Part shown: positions 54,101 through 64,000 of the stretch, piece after piece
Numbering within the stretch: position 1 is the stretch's first letter
Layout of the letters: each line of letters opens with the position of its first letter
Source: Eledone cirrhosa
Lineage: Eukaryota
Length of the DNA stretch: 64,000 nt
Reading direction: 5' to 3'
Assembly: GCA_964016885.1 (NCBI GenBank)
Contig: OZ024741.1
Coordinates: forward strand, 387,128,001 to 387,192,000
The notes under the pieces: model-generated
Told to the model about the DNA's origin: nothing
Database searches by the model: none
The model's input: the letters and a program-made list of their open reading frames with translations, nothing else
Program-made: the position numbers and the translations under genes

Positions 54101-55003
54101 TTTCTGTCACATGTAAGTCTAGATATTCTCTGTCACGGATGAACTGGGCCTCCTACTTAGACTTAGATGTAAAAAAAGATGATGATGATGATTTATATAT
54201 GTATGTATATATACATTGACCAATGAAAAGTTGTCAAGTTCTTTCATTTGCTCATTCTGTCTCTCTCTAAAGTCTGAAGTGGAATCTCTGCTGCTGACTG
54301 TATTTGGTCACAAATTCCACTGCTTAATTCACAATCCACACAATCTCAGAAATCATAAAATTTAAGAATATCAAAAACAACAACAAAAATTAAATGAAAT
54401 CAAAATTATTTACTGCATATCCTTGAATATAAGCTGAGGAATATGTGACCAAAACATCAATGGTAAAACGGGAGATTGGCTTATATATACCATCTAAACA
54501 TAATGTGTTGATTAGCTGCCTTAACTTATAAACGGGGATTGGATTTTTTACTATTTATCAGATATAAAATAGGGGGTCAGCTTATATTTGGATCGGCTTA
54601 TATTCAAGTATATACAGTATTTGTTTTTGAGGTGCCTTTCCCTTACCCCAGCAACCAGGAGTGGCTTCCCCTTACTCCAGCCACCTACCAATCATTTACT
54701 TACCAAAAGAACTGTTTTGCAGAATGCATATATGGTTGAAGTGAAAATCTGTCTCTAAATCAGGGGCTGTAGTAAATCCAAGCTGACACTGGCAGGAACC
54801 ATTAAAGCAATAAAGTCTGTGACTTACATCACATTGGTCAGAAGATGTGCAGTTTTCTCCTAAGAATAACTTATTGGGAAGTATGCAATAGTTATTTTGA
54901 AGTATTAGAGGAAACTTGCAGTGACACAGTCCACTTGGTCTACATTCAGCTATGGATGAATCACACTTCATGCTCCTATTGCATGGTTGACTGACCTGAG
55001 CCA
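39105..55003 (-). CDS. Partial multi-exon gene: type-I membrane protein with Cys-rich EB-like modules; exons 55003-54704, 51988-51626, 51081-50869, 49552-49250, 46414-46334, 43266-43186 (less certain), 39189-39105 (TM)
   Basis: Six AG/GT-bounded phase 1-1 exons of 300, 363, 213, 303, 81 and 81 nt join in frame. Five Cys-rich modules (e.g. LGENCTSSDQC..YCFNGSCQC..C). The last exon gives VLAPIAAAVLFLLIFIVIMVYS-RKK. Start and stop were not located. Confidence 0.78.
39925..40745 (-). mobile_element. RTE family A fragment
   Basis: Highly similar to 21430-22245. Confidence 0.9.
40746..42020 (+). mobile_element. RTE family A-related fragment with 3' UTR and (GAT)n tail
   Basis: WPCSVCKKG..WVHKRC, RLRWYGHV, GRPRNTW; several stops. 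Confidence 0.9.
42186..43070 (-). mobile_element. Degraded RTE fragment
   Basis: [22 protein letters not shown], with deletions. Confidence 0.85.
43755..44135 (+). mobile_element. CRE-clade LINE 3' fragment
   Basis: SRGRCLIWDATVSDSF..NKILKYQEL..FQPVVFQTFG; homologous to 23277-23672. Confidence 0.75.
44273..44482. mobile_element. Tc1/mariner-type MITE
   Basis: Imperfect TIRs containing TGTATACACACTTCAG / CTGAAGTGTGTATACA. Confidence 0.6.
44775..45701 (+). mobile_element. Tx1/L1-clade LINE 3' fragment
   Basis: LAWQCYRGALPVRDKL..CPRC..ETILHALVQC (C-terminal CCHC); T-rich UTR ending AATAAAG. Confidence 0.8.
45707..46093 (-). mobile_element. CRE-clade LINE 3' fragment (second family)
   Basis: PFRSGKPLDWDATCTDT..PLAVETSG..LFQRVSLAVLWGNA. 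Confidence 0.8.
46525..46790 (+). mobile_element. S2 SINE, degraded
   Basis: Matches the reverse complement of 24940-25080 (ACACTT.ATTTCA.ATTGCTCCAGT.TACTCAGCTG). Confidence 0.7.
47062..47270 (-). mobile_element. S1 SINE
   Basis: Reverse complement of the S1 consensus. Confidence 0.8.
47532..48600. repeat. 48-bp minisatellite (about 22 copies) derived from an RTE/SINE motif
   Basis: AGTCCACTCTGTAAATTGTTAGTGCTAGTGCC(A/G)TGATAAAATGCAC(T/C)(C/T) repeated; it grades into degenerate units up to about 48830. Confidence 0.95.
48912..49065. repeat. (GAT)n-type microsatellite
   Basis: Direct reading. Confidence 0.9.
49630..49760 (-). mobile_element. CR1 3' UTR-only fragment
   Basis: Matches 8917-9037. 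Confidence 0.85.
50368..50585. mobile_element. hAT MITE inserted in an old LINE fragment (about 50270-50720, +)
   Basis: TIRs CAGGCATGTCAAA / TTTAACATGCCTG; TSD CTGTATAT / CTGTACAT. The flanks read WTLTADMEQRIQLF..KCFRRLL. Confidence 0.8.
51665..51920 (-). repeat. Coding 42-bp (14-aa) repeat, six copies, in the stalk exon
   Basis: (N/Y)SS(E/D)(L/F)SHWQNTSKS repeated six times. Confidence 0.92.
52240..54140 (-). mobile_element. Penelope-like element (RT and GIY-YIG), decayed
   Basis: GAAIGVSIAG..LFMVW..YVDD (53637-53876); HYAKPMAS; CVIC..CKTRNVVYSIRC..C...YIGET (52852-53064). Confidence 0.88.
54411..54619. mobile_element. Tigger/pogo-like MITE
   Basis: TIRs TACTGCATATCCTTGAATATAAGC / GCTTATATTCAAGTATATACAGTA. 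Confidence 0.7.
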
Positions 55004-55494
55004 CTATGAAGTATTAAAAAATACAGGAATTTGAAATAATTCTTACAGGTTTTATTCATGTATAAATGTTAAGTTGATTATGTTTAAATATTGATGACAT
55101 TATCTATTTATTCATTTAATCAATTTAAACATCCTTATAGAACTAGTAAGACTAAGGGAAGTAACTAGTACTTCTTACAGTTGAGAACAAAAAAACAAGA
55201 TATACAGAGATAAGTAAATATAAAACTTTACCGTCGTCCAGCTCAACATACAGGAACTACCTAGGGTTACGATCACCATCCATTCTCACTACATAACCAC
55301 CCCATCTTAATCGATGTTGAAATATGAGAGATTCTATACTGGTTGACCGACTGCATTCAAGGACCTCAGTGTCACTCATGTACATTTTGCAGTGGATACC
55401 CCATATATGTCAAAACCACTGTTGGTGAAAGTGCTCCAACCTTTTGAGATGCCTTCGGTAAGTGACCCAAATCTCAAATGTATAAAACAAGAGG

Positions 55495-55630
55495 ACAACA
55501 TACAGGCATTATACACTTTTAACTTTGTCTCAATGGAAATACCATGCTGGGACCATAGACATCCATCCAGTTTTCCAAATGCATCACTTGCCTTCTTGAT
55601 TCAGAAGGAGATTTCTTCATCCAGAGTATT
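55495..55630 (-). mobile_element. Old RTE fragment
   Basis: Minus strand DEEIS..KKASDAFGKL..LWSQHGISIETKLKVYNAC. Confidence 0.65.
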
Positions 55631-55654
55631 GGTCATATTCATAGTACTGCCTGC

Positions 55655-55862
55655 CTACATACATGCATGCATGCATACATACATACATACATACATACAT
55701 ACATACATGCATACATACATACATACATACATACATACACACATACACACATACACACATACATACATACATACATACATGCATACATACACACATACAC
55801 ACATATATACATACATACATACATACATACATACTTACATACATACATACATACATACATAC
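55655..55862. repeat. (CATA)n microsatellite (further tracts at 57505-57710, 59225-59242, 59796-59855, 60172-60255, 60691-60703)
   Basis: Direct reading. Confidence 0.95.
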
Positions 55863-57504
55863 CAATCTAGCAACATTGTCATCAATGGTCTAACTGTTTC
55901 ACCGATATCTGATGAGGACTGCTACAGATACCTGGGGATAGATGAGAACATATCATATAATGGTATCTGTAATAAAGAACGCGTAACCAGGGAATACTAC
56001 ACCCGATTAAGAAAGATCTCGTCATCGGAACTCTGCACAAAACAAAACAGTGGCTCACAATGTGTTTGCTGTGCCTGTCCTAACACCAACGTTTGGAATA
56101 CTCAATTGGACGATAGACGAAATCCGAGCAGTTGATGTTGGAACTCTAAAAATACTGAACAACACCGGAAACTTCCACATCATCAGTGACATAGACCGCC
56201 TTTACTTGAAACGTAAGCAGGGAGGCAGAGGCCTAACATCAGTCCAGACAACATTTGAATGTCGCATCATATCTCTCCGACAACATCTACGAACCTCGAA
56301 GCATAGAAGCTCGTTTCTCGAGCAAGTCTATCTGCATGAAACAGATAAGATCATGAGAGTTGGGAAGGAACTCCTTGAGAGATATTCCGTGTGATAATCA
56401 AAAACTCACACCCAGCGATGTCACTCAGCAGTATCGCAATGAATCCATGGATGAAAATCTGCATGCCTATCAGCAAAAAATCATGCATGGATATGTTGCC
56501 AGGAAGCTCCACAGTGAGAGTAATATAGATAAGGAAAGTAGTCTATCTTGACCCATCAACTGCTACATTGGCTCCTACTTTGAAGGATACGCTTTTGCAA
56601 TCCAGGAACAGGAGATTAGCTCAAAATACCTGATTCACAAAAGAGATAGGGATGCAGGCAAAACACCTAGATGTGATAACAAGTGCAGACTCTGCAGAAC
56701 TAACATCGAGGATATCACCCATATCATCAGCAGCTGTCCAAAGATGTCATCGCGGTACTATCTACCTATGAGGCATGATGTAGTAGCCAAAACACTGTAC
56801 AATGCAGTTCGTAAAAAAGATAGCCCCGATAATAAACACATTAAAAGCTACAACAGTGTGGAAGACATCCATGTACATAATATGAAAGAGTACTGGTAGA
56901 ATGTTCCAGTAAAAACCCCAATAAAATGCAGGCATAACAGACCAGATATTATGATATGGGACAGGGAGAAGAAAACATGCACAGTAGTGGAAATTAGCTG
57001 CCCAGCAGATGCCAATATAATATCAAAGATTAGTGAAAAGGAGAATATTTATGCAGAACTGATGAGAAATCTGCAGATACTCCACCCTGATTACACCTTC
57101 AGATTTATGCCTGTGATTATTGGAGCACTGGGATATGTTAGTAACTGTCTCAATACAAATCTTGAGAAGCTAGGCTTCACAGGAACAGAAAGAACACAAC
57201 TAGTTAGGAAATTACAAGTACAATCCATTAATGGAACAGTAAAAATATGTAAATAATTCCAAAATTTTGCATCTAATAACTGCATATACACATGTACAGA
57301 TACAAAGCATATACACATGCACACATACAACTCAAAACATACACATCCACACATACAATAACATCCATATCTACACATGCATGCATACATACATATCTAC
57401 CTAGTTGATGTTATGTAAATTCCAATGAGAGAGTCTTGTGTCTATGTTAGAAACCGACTCTCTCTCTATTGGTAAAATTTTGTGAAATTATAAAACCAGA
57501 AGAA
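55863..57504 (+). mobile_element. R4/Dong-like RLE LINE, family 1, 5'-truncated, disrupted
   Basis: YRYLGIDE, DIDRLYLKRKQGGRGL, CRLC..HIISSC..RHD, RPDIMIWD..VEISCP. Confidence 0.88.
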
Positions 57505-57529
57505 CATACATACATACATACACACACAC

Positions 57530-57562
<33 letters not shown>

Positions 57563-57710
57563 CATACATATATACATACATACATACATACATACACACA
57601 TACATACATACATACACACATATATACATACATACATACATACATACATACATACATACATACATACATACACACACCCATACATACATACATACATACA
57701 TACATACATA

Positions 57711-59224
57711 GGTGAGTCCAAGTGTGCATATTTGGCAGTAAAACGTGGAAGAGCTGTGCCCTCCTCTAGAAATCTAGAGATGAACGGCCTGACAATACAA
57801 CCTCTGCAGTCAGGTGACAACTACAGATATCTCGGACAGGATGAGAATGTCAGATATGATGGACCCATAAATAAGGAGAGAACCAGAACTGAATACCTCA
57901 GAAGAGTAAAGAAAATATGGTCATCAGAACTGTCAGCATACAACAAATACATTGCCCACAATACTTATGCTGTGCCAATTCTAACGCCAGCATTTGGCCT
58001 GCTGAACTGGTCATTGCAAGAACTAAGTGAGATGGATGTTAGAACTCGAAAACTTCTCAGTGTTACTGGGAACTTTAACATCAATGGTGATGTGGATAGG
58101 CTATACTTCTCACGCAAGGAAGGGGGCCGGGGTCTAAAATCAATATTAACAACATATGAGACCCGGATAGTAACACTGAAGCAACACCTTCAACAGAGGA
58201 AAAAGGTTGGCAACCATCTTGCCCAGGTTTATGACCATGAAAAAAGAAATATCATTAGAATAGCAACTGATCTGGAGCAGAGATATGGAATAAAGCCTGA
58301 TATAAATCTCTCACCCAGAGAAATCGGAAGATCCTATTCAATGTTCAAACAAGATAAAAAAATTGACCAATTTACAGAAAAAGTTGTGCATGGATACTTG
58401 AGGCGTAAAACACAGACCATAGAGGGGATAAACCACTCAAAAGGCCTGGCATGGAGTTCCGACAAGTTTATGACATCACACCTTGAGGGATATCTCTATG
58501 CAATACAGGAACAAGAACTCCCTACCAAATATCTGCTGCACAAAAGAGGAGGGCCAGCAGCTGACAATAAATGTAGGCTATGTAAAACAAAGATCGAGGA
58601 TGTAAGCCACATTGTTGCCAGCTGCGAAAGAATGTCATCTCGCTACTACCTCCCCATGAGACACGATGGGATAGCTAGAACCATCTGGAACGCACTTCGG
58701 AAAACAAAATTAACAACAAACGAGGAAGAATATATTGAGACAGATGGCACTAAGGAATACTGGTGGAACCTGAAAATAAAAACTGCCACCAAATTAAAGC
58801 ACGACCGGCCTGATATTGTAGTTTGGGACCACACATTGAAAACGTGTTCTGTTGTGGAGATCAGCTGCCCACCTGATGTAAACGTTGTCAGAAAATACAG
58901 GAGAAGGAGGACATCTACGGACCATTGATGAGGAGTTTACAAATCCAGTATCCAAGATACACCTTTAGCTTCATACCCATCATTATTGGTGCTACGGGTT
59001 ATATACCAACCCGCTTGGACCAAAGTATGACTGAACTTGGATTTGCGGACAAAAAGCGCAGCTCCCTAATTCATAGTCTACAAATGGCTGCGATAGCTGG
59101 CACCTTCAAAATTTGCAAAACATTCTTGCGATTCAAGGGATGACAATTTCTTTACTTTTACAACCTTGCCACCAGGAAGGTGGCCGGTCAAAAAAAATAT
59201 ACTCGAAATTAAGAGAAAGAGAAA
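57711..59224 (+). mobile_element. R4/Dong-like RLE LINE, family 2, 5'-truncated
   Basis: 398-aa frame: YRYLGQDE, DVDRLYFSRKEGGRGL, CRLCKTKIEDVSHIVASC, RHD, RPDIVVWD..VEISCP; one frameshift near 58895. Confidence 0.9.
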
Positions 59225-59242
59225 ACATACATACATACACAC

Positions 59243-60690
59243 ATGGTGGCTGCCAACTCGTTTTCGAGTACGGCCACTACTTTATATCCATGTAGGAGAA
59301 CCCCTACCGATGCGCTGAACGAGTGTGACAATTATTGACACATAGTGCTGGGCCCATGGTACCATGTGACGACAAGTGCAGAGAGATCTCCAGATATAAA
59401 GCAATGCCTGTGCTGTGAAGCTTTTATAGTGACCAAAGGCACTGCACAAAGCCAGTCCCACTCTCTTAACCAAGATGATATTTACCAAAAAGAAGAACAA
59501 GTCAACATCATTGGATACCATCAGGGTTGCAGGTGTTATATCAGAGTTTTCCTTCTCCTAGAATTCTGCTTTGACAAAGGCTAAGGGGTCATCTCTCCCG
59601 GTGATTTTGGATGGCCATTGACTCTTAAGAGCTCCTTTGCCCTTTGACAGGTTTTGTTTTTAGTCCTGCAGGATGTCCAAAGTCACCCTCCTCACCAAGA
59701 AACCTTGGTGGGGTTGCCAGTTTGGTCGCCAACAACCCGACCATGAGACAGGTTGTATTGGGATACATGTTACCAGTAGCACCAACTGGTGACCTGACAT
59801 ACACACATACATACATACATACATACATACATACATACATACATACACACATATATACATGGTGGCTGCCAACTCGTTTTCGAGTACGGCCACTACTTTA
59901 TATCGATGTAGGAGAACCCCTACTGATGCGCTGAACGAGTGTGACTTTTTAGTCCAGCCAGCGACTTGGAAACTCTGGTACAAACATTACACTTGCAGGT
60001 GTTATATCAGAGTTTTCCTTCTCCTAGAATTCTGCCTTGACAAAGGCTAAGGGGTCATCTCTCCCGATGATTTTGGATGGCCATTGACTCTTAAGAGCAC
60101 CTTTGCCCTTTGACAGGTTTTGTTTTTAGTCCTGCAGGATGTCCAAAGTCACCCTCCTCACCAAGAAACCTTGCATGCATACATACATACATACATACAT
60201 ACATACACACATGCATACATACATACATACATACACACATATATACATACATACATGGTGGCTGCCAACTCGTTTTCCAGTACGGCCGCTACTTTATATC
60301 CATGTAGGAGAACTCCTACCGATGCGCTAAACGAGTGTGACTTTTTAGTCCAGCCAGCGACTTGAAACCTCTGGTACAAACACTACACCTGTGACAATTA
60401 TTGCCACATAGTGCTGGGCCCATGGTAGGACAATTATTGACACATAGTGCTGGGCGCATGTGAGGACAAGTGCAGAGAGATCTCCAGATATAAAGCAATG
60501 CCTGTGCCGTGAAGCTTTTATAGTGAGCAAAGGCACTGCACAAAGCCAGTCCCACTCTCTTAACCAAGATGATATTTACCAAAAAGAAGAACAAGTCAAC
60601 ATCATTGGATACCATCCAAAATCACCGGGAGAGATGACCCCTTAGCCTTTGTCAAGGCAGAATTCTAGGAGAAGGAAAATACTGATATAA
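59243..60690 (-). mobile_element. Three tandem short non-autonomous RTE-like elements with (TGTA)n tails (59243-59795, 59856-60171, 60256-60690)
   Basis: Shared 3' end CSVCTRGFKSLAGLKSHTRLAHR* (C2H2, fully retained in the third copy) and ..CGAGTTGGCAGCCACCA(TGTA)n. Shared 5'-UTR-like block CTAGGAGAAGGAAAACTCTGATATAA. Confidence 0.72.
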
Positions 60691-60703
60691 CATACATACA
60701 TAT

Positions 60704-61621
60704 ATACAAGAACAGGAAATCAACACAAAATATCTGATTCACAAGAGAGATAGAGACGCAGGCAAAACGCCTAGATGTGATAACAAGTGCAGACTCTGCA
60801 GAACTAACATCGAGGATATCACCCATGTCATAAGCAGCTCTCCAAAGATGTCATCGCAGTACTATCTTCCTATGAGGCATGATGTAGTGGCCAAAACACT
60901 GTACAATGCAATCCGTAGAAAAGATAGCCCCGATAATAAACACATTAAAAGCTACAACAATGTGGAAGACACACACATACATAATATGAAAGAGTACTGG
61001 TGGAATGTTCCAGTAAAAACCCCAATAAAATGCAGGCATAACAGACCAGATATTATGATATGGGACAGGGAGAAGAAAACATGCACAGTAGTGGAAATTA
61101 GCTGCCCAGCAGATGCCAATATAATATTAAAGATTAGAGAAAAGGAGAATATTTATGCAGAACTAATGAGAAATTTGCAGATACTCCATCCTGACTATAC
61201 CTTCATATTTATGCCTGTGATTATTGGAGCAGTGGGGTATGTTAGTAACTGCCTCAATACAAATCTTGAGAAGCTGGGCTTCACAGAAACAGAAAGAACA
61301 CGACTAGTTAGGAAATTACAAGTACAATCCATTAATGGAACAGTAAAAATATGTAAAACATTCCAAAAATTCTGCATCTAATAACTGCATATACACATGT
61401 ACAGATACAAAGCATATACACATGCACACATACAACTCAAAACATGCACATCTACACATTCAATAACATCCATACATACACACACATGCATGCATGCAGA
61501 CATGCAGACATATCTACCTAGTTGATGTTGTTTCATTTCCAATGAGAGAGTCTTGTGTCGTTGTTAGAAACCAATTCTCTCTCTATTGGCAAAAATTTGT
61601 GAAATTATAAAACCAGAAGAA
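60704..61621 (+). mobile_element. R4/Dong-like RLE LINE, family 1, second copy
   Basis: Closely matches 56597-57504, including the 3' end AAAACCAGAAGAA|CATAC. Confidence 0.9.
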
Positions 61622-61984
61622 CATACATGCAGGCAGAAAAACAGGCATATGCATGCACACACACACTCCTATACACATCCAGTTCCTGTCTACTAAATTT
61701 CACTCACAAGGAATTGTTCAGCCAATGAGTATTGTAGAGAACCAAACCTGAAACCATATAACCATTTATGAAAACATATTTTTAACCCTTTTCATATTCA
61801 AGAGCTTGAAACCACTCATAATTTTATAATAAAAAAAAATTCTAATTTTAAAGTTTTCATATTCAAATTAGAACCATCCATTATAATTTTATATAAGAAA
61901 GCTCTGTTAAGTTATGTTAAAAATTCCTTGGTTATTTATAGAATTACTTGAAAAAGATAGACAGTGTATTTGAAATATGATAAT

Positions 61985-64000
61985 GATGCTTTCGACAGTA
62001 AGGAAGAGCGATTAGAGTCGTACAATATAGAGGAACAGTGGGAATTCCTGAAAGCTAACCTGCTGAAGGCGGCAGATGAAGTCTGTGGCAGGAGCAGGCC
62101 CATAGGCAGGAGGAGAGTAACGTGGTGGTGGAACAGTAAGGTGGAGGAGTCAATCAAGGCCAAAAAGCAGGCTTGGAAAGTATGGCGGGATGAGGGAAGT
62201 AGAGAAGACTATCAAGTGGCCAGGAGGGAAGCTAGGAGACAAGTGTACTTCGCAAGAAGGGAAGCAGAGGAAAGATAGTTCAAGCATGTTCTACAACGCG
62301 AGGACCAAAAACGTGAGGTGTTCAGGATTGCTAGGCAATGTGCCAAGGAAAACCATGATATTGTCGGGGAGAAGTGTGTCCTTAATGATGATGGTGTACT
62401 TGCCATCACTGATGCTGATAACAAGGTAGCTTGGAAGTGTCACTACGAGAGACTTCTAAATGAGGAGAATAAATGGGAAAAAGTCTGCCTCAGATCGATC
62501 CAATATATGGACCAGCAGTGCAAGTTAAAGGTAGTATAAGTAAGGCAATCAAAGATATGAAGATGGGTAAGGCGGCTGGGCCTTCGGAAATAGTTGCTGA
62601 AATACTGAAAGCATCTGGAACGGTGGGACACACTATGGTCACCCGGATAGTAAACCAAGTCATACGGAATGGGGTCATTCTGAAGGACTGGCGTAGCAGC
62701 AGCATCATTAACTGCTACAAGGGTAAAGGAGATGCCCTAGATAGGGGTAACTATAGAGGCATTAAATTAATCGACCAGGTCATGAAGGTCACAGAAAAAG
62801 TAATAGCTCAACTAATCAGAGAGCGAATTGATCTAGATGAAATGCAGTTCGGGTTTGTGTCAGGTAAAAGTACCACAGATGCTCTTTTCATTGTACGACA
62901 ACTACAGGAGAAGTACCTAGCTAAAAGTAAACCCCTATACTTAGCTTTTGTTGACTTGGAGAAAGCCTTTGACAGAGTCCCCCGCTCCATTATCTGGTGG
63001 GCTCTTAGAAAACTAGGTGTTGATGAATGGCTTGTGAGAGATACACAAGCCATGTATAAAGAAACAGTCAGCAAGGTTAGAATTAACAACGAATATAGTG
63101 AAGAGTTTAGCGTAAAAGTTGGTGTTCATCAGGGCTCCGTCCTTAGCCCCTCCTATTTATTATTGCCCTTCAGGCTATAACAGAGGAGTTCAAGACCGGC
63201 TGACCATGATAACTCCTATACGCAAATCATCTAATGCTCATAGCTGAATCAATGGCCGAACTAGAGAAGAAATTCCAAACATGGAAGCATGGCCTAGATC
63301 AAAAGGCCTTAAAATTAACCTGTCTAAGACTAAAGTTCTAGTTTGTAGGAAGGAAAATAGGGCAGCAGTCCCATCTGGGAAATGGCCATGCTCAGTGTGT
63401 AGGAAAGGAGTAGGCAGAAACTCCATTTTATGTCCCAAATGCAAAGTATGGGTGCATAAAAGATGTAATGGGATCACAGGTAAGCTAACTAAGAATATAG
63501 ATTTTATATGTGGCCAGTGCTCTGGTGCAATAAGTAGCAGCAAGTGCCCACCGAATACTAGCTCATTCCATTGCACAGATGGTTCTATAGAAATAGTGGA
63601 CAGCTTCCGTTACCTGGGTGACAAAATCAGCAGTGGTGGAGGGTGCTCTGAAAGTACAGTAGCTAGAGTCAGAACGGGATGGAAAAAGTTCAGAGAGCTT
63701 ATACCACTATTGGCCGCTAAAGGGTTCTCTCTAAAAATGAAAGGCAGGCTGTATGATGCCTACATACGAACAGCAATGTTACATAGCAGTGAGACCTGGG
63801 CATTGTGTGCAGAGGATATACGCAGACTGGAGAGGAACGAAGCTTGCATGCTCCGCTGGATGTGTAATAGTAATATACGTGAACGGCAAAGCATAAACAA
63901 ACTAAGAGAGAAATTAGGAATAAGAGGAATCAGATGCTGTTTACTCAAGAGAAGACTAAGTTGGTACGGTCACGTGATGCGCATAAAAGACGACAGCTGT
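61985..64000 (+). mobile_element. RTE family A LINE, longer disrupted copy running off the window
   Basis: [40 protein letters not shown]. Region 63153-64000 closely matches the reverse complement of 21617-22463. Confidence 0.93.

Noticed and set aside
55232-55260. Upstream exon of the Cys-rich gene
   Set aside because: A donor-like site exists, but no acceptor gives a convincing open phase-1 exon.
55617-60379. MYVC/HTYI-repeat ORFs (also 33421-33633 and poly-M/I at 48883-49123)
   Set aside because: Microsatellite translations.
61985-64000. Chimera of RTE families A and B
   Set aside because: The upstream part is no close match to family B; it is most simply the portion of family A missing from the truncated copies.

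Overview
Eukaryotic, AT-rich and repeat-dominated DNA. The repeat landscape (RTE LINEs with (GAT)n tails, tRNA-headed SINEs, (CATA)n/(TA)n microsatellites) suggests a mollusc, probably an octopus-type coleoid; this is inference only. Positions 1-18.9 kb are a ~40-bp satellite, nearly G-free on the + strand, with a ~3.85-kb higher-order period. It is interrupted by two divergent CR1-group LINE fragments, one carrying a nested, decayed LTR retrotransposon with an intact -1 ribosomal frameshift signal. Two spliced host genes were assembled by hand from GT/AG boundaries and reading phase. One is a 5-exon, 283-aa CRAL-TRIO protein resembling RLBP1/CRALBP (+, 22699-32625). The other is a convergent, partial gene (-, 55003 to 39105 and beyond) for a type-I membrane protein with Cys-rich EB-like modules and a sequon-rich stalk. 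The rest is RTE LINEs with a PHD finger inside ORF2, CRE, Tx1/L1, Penelope and R4/Dong retroelements, a mariner remnant, hAT/piggyBac/Tc1 MITEs and SINEs. The most notable structure is at 55.6-61.6 kb, where R4/Dong elements and short bipartite RTE derivatives all sit in one (CATA)n microsatellite with shared junctions. Most long ORFs in the supplied track are repeat artefacts. No database searches were run, so family names come from motif recognition.
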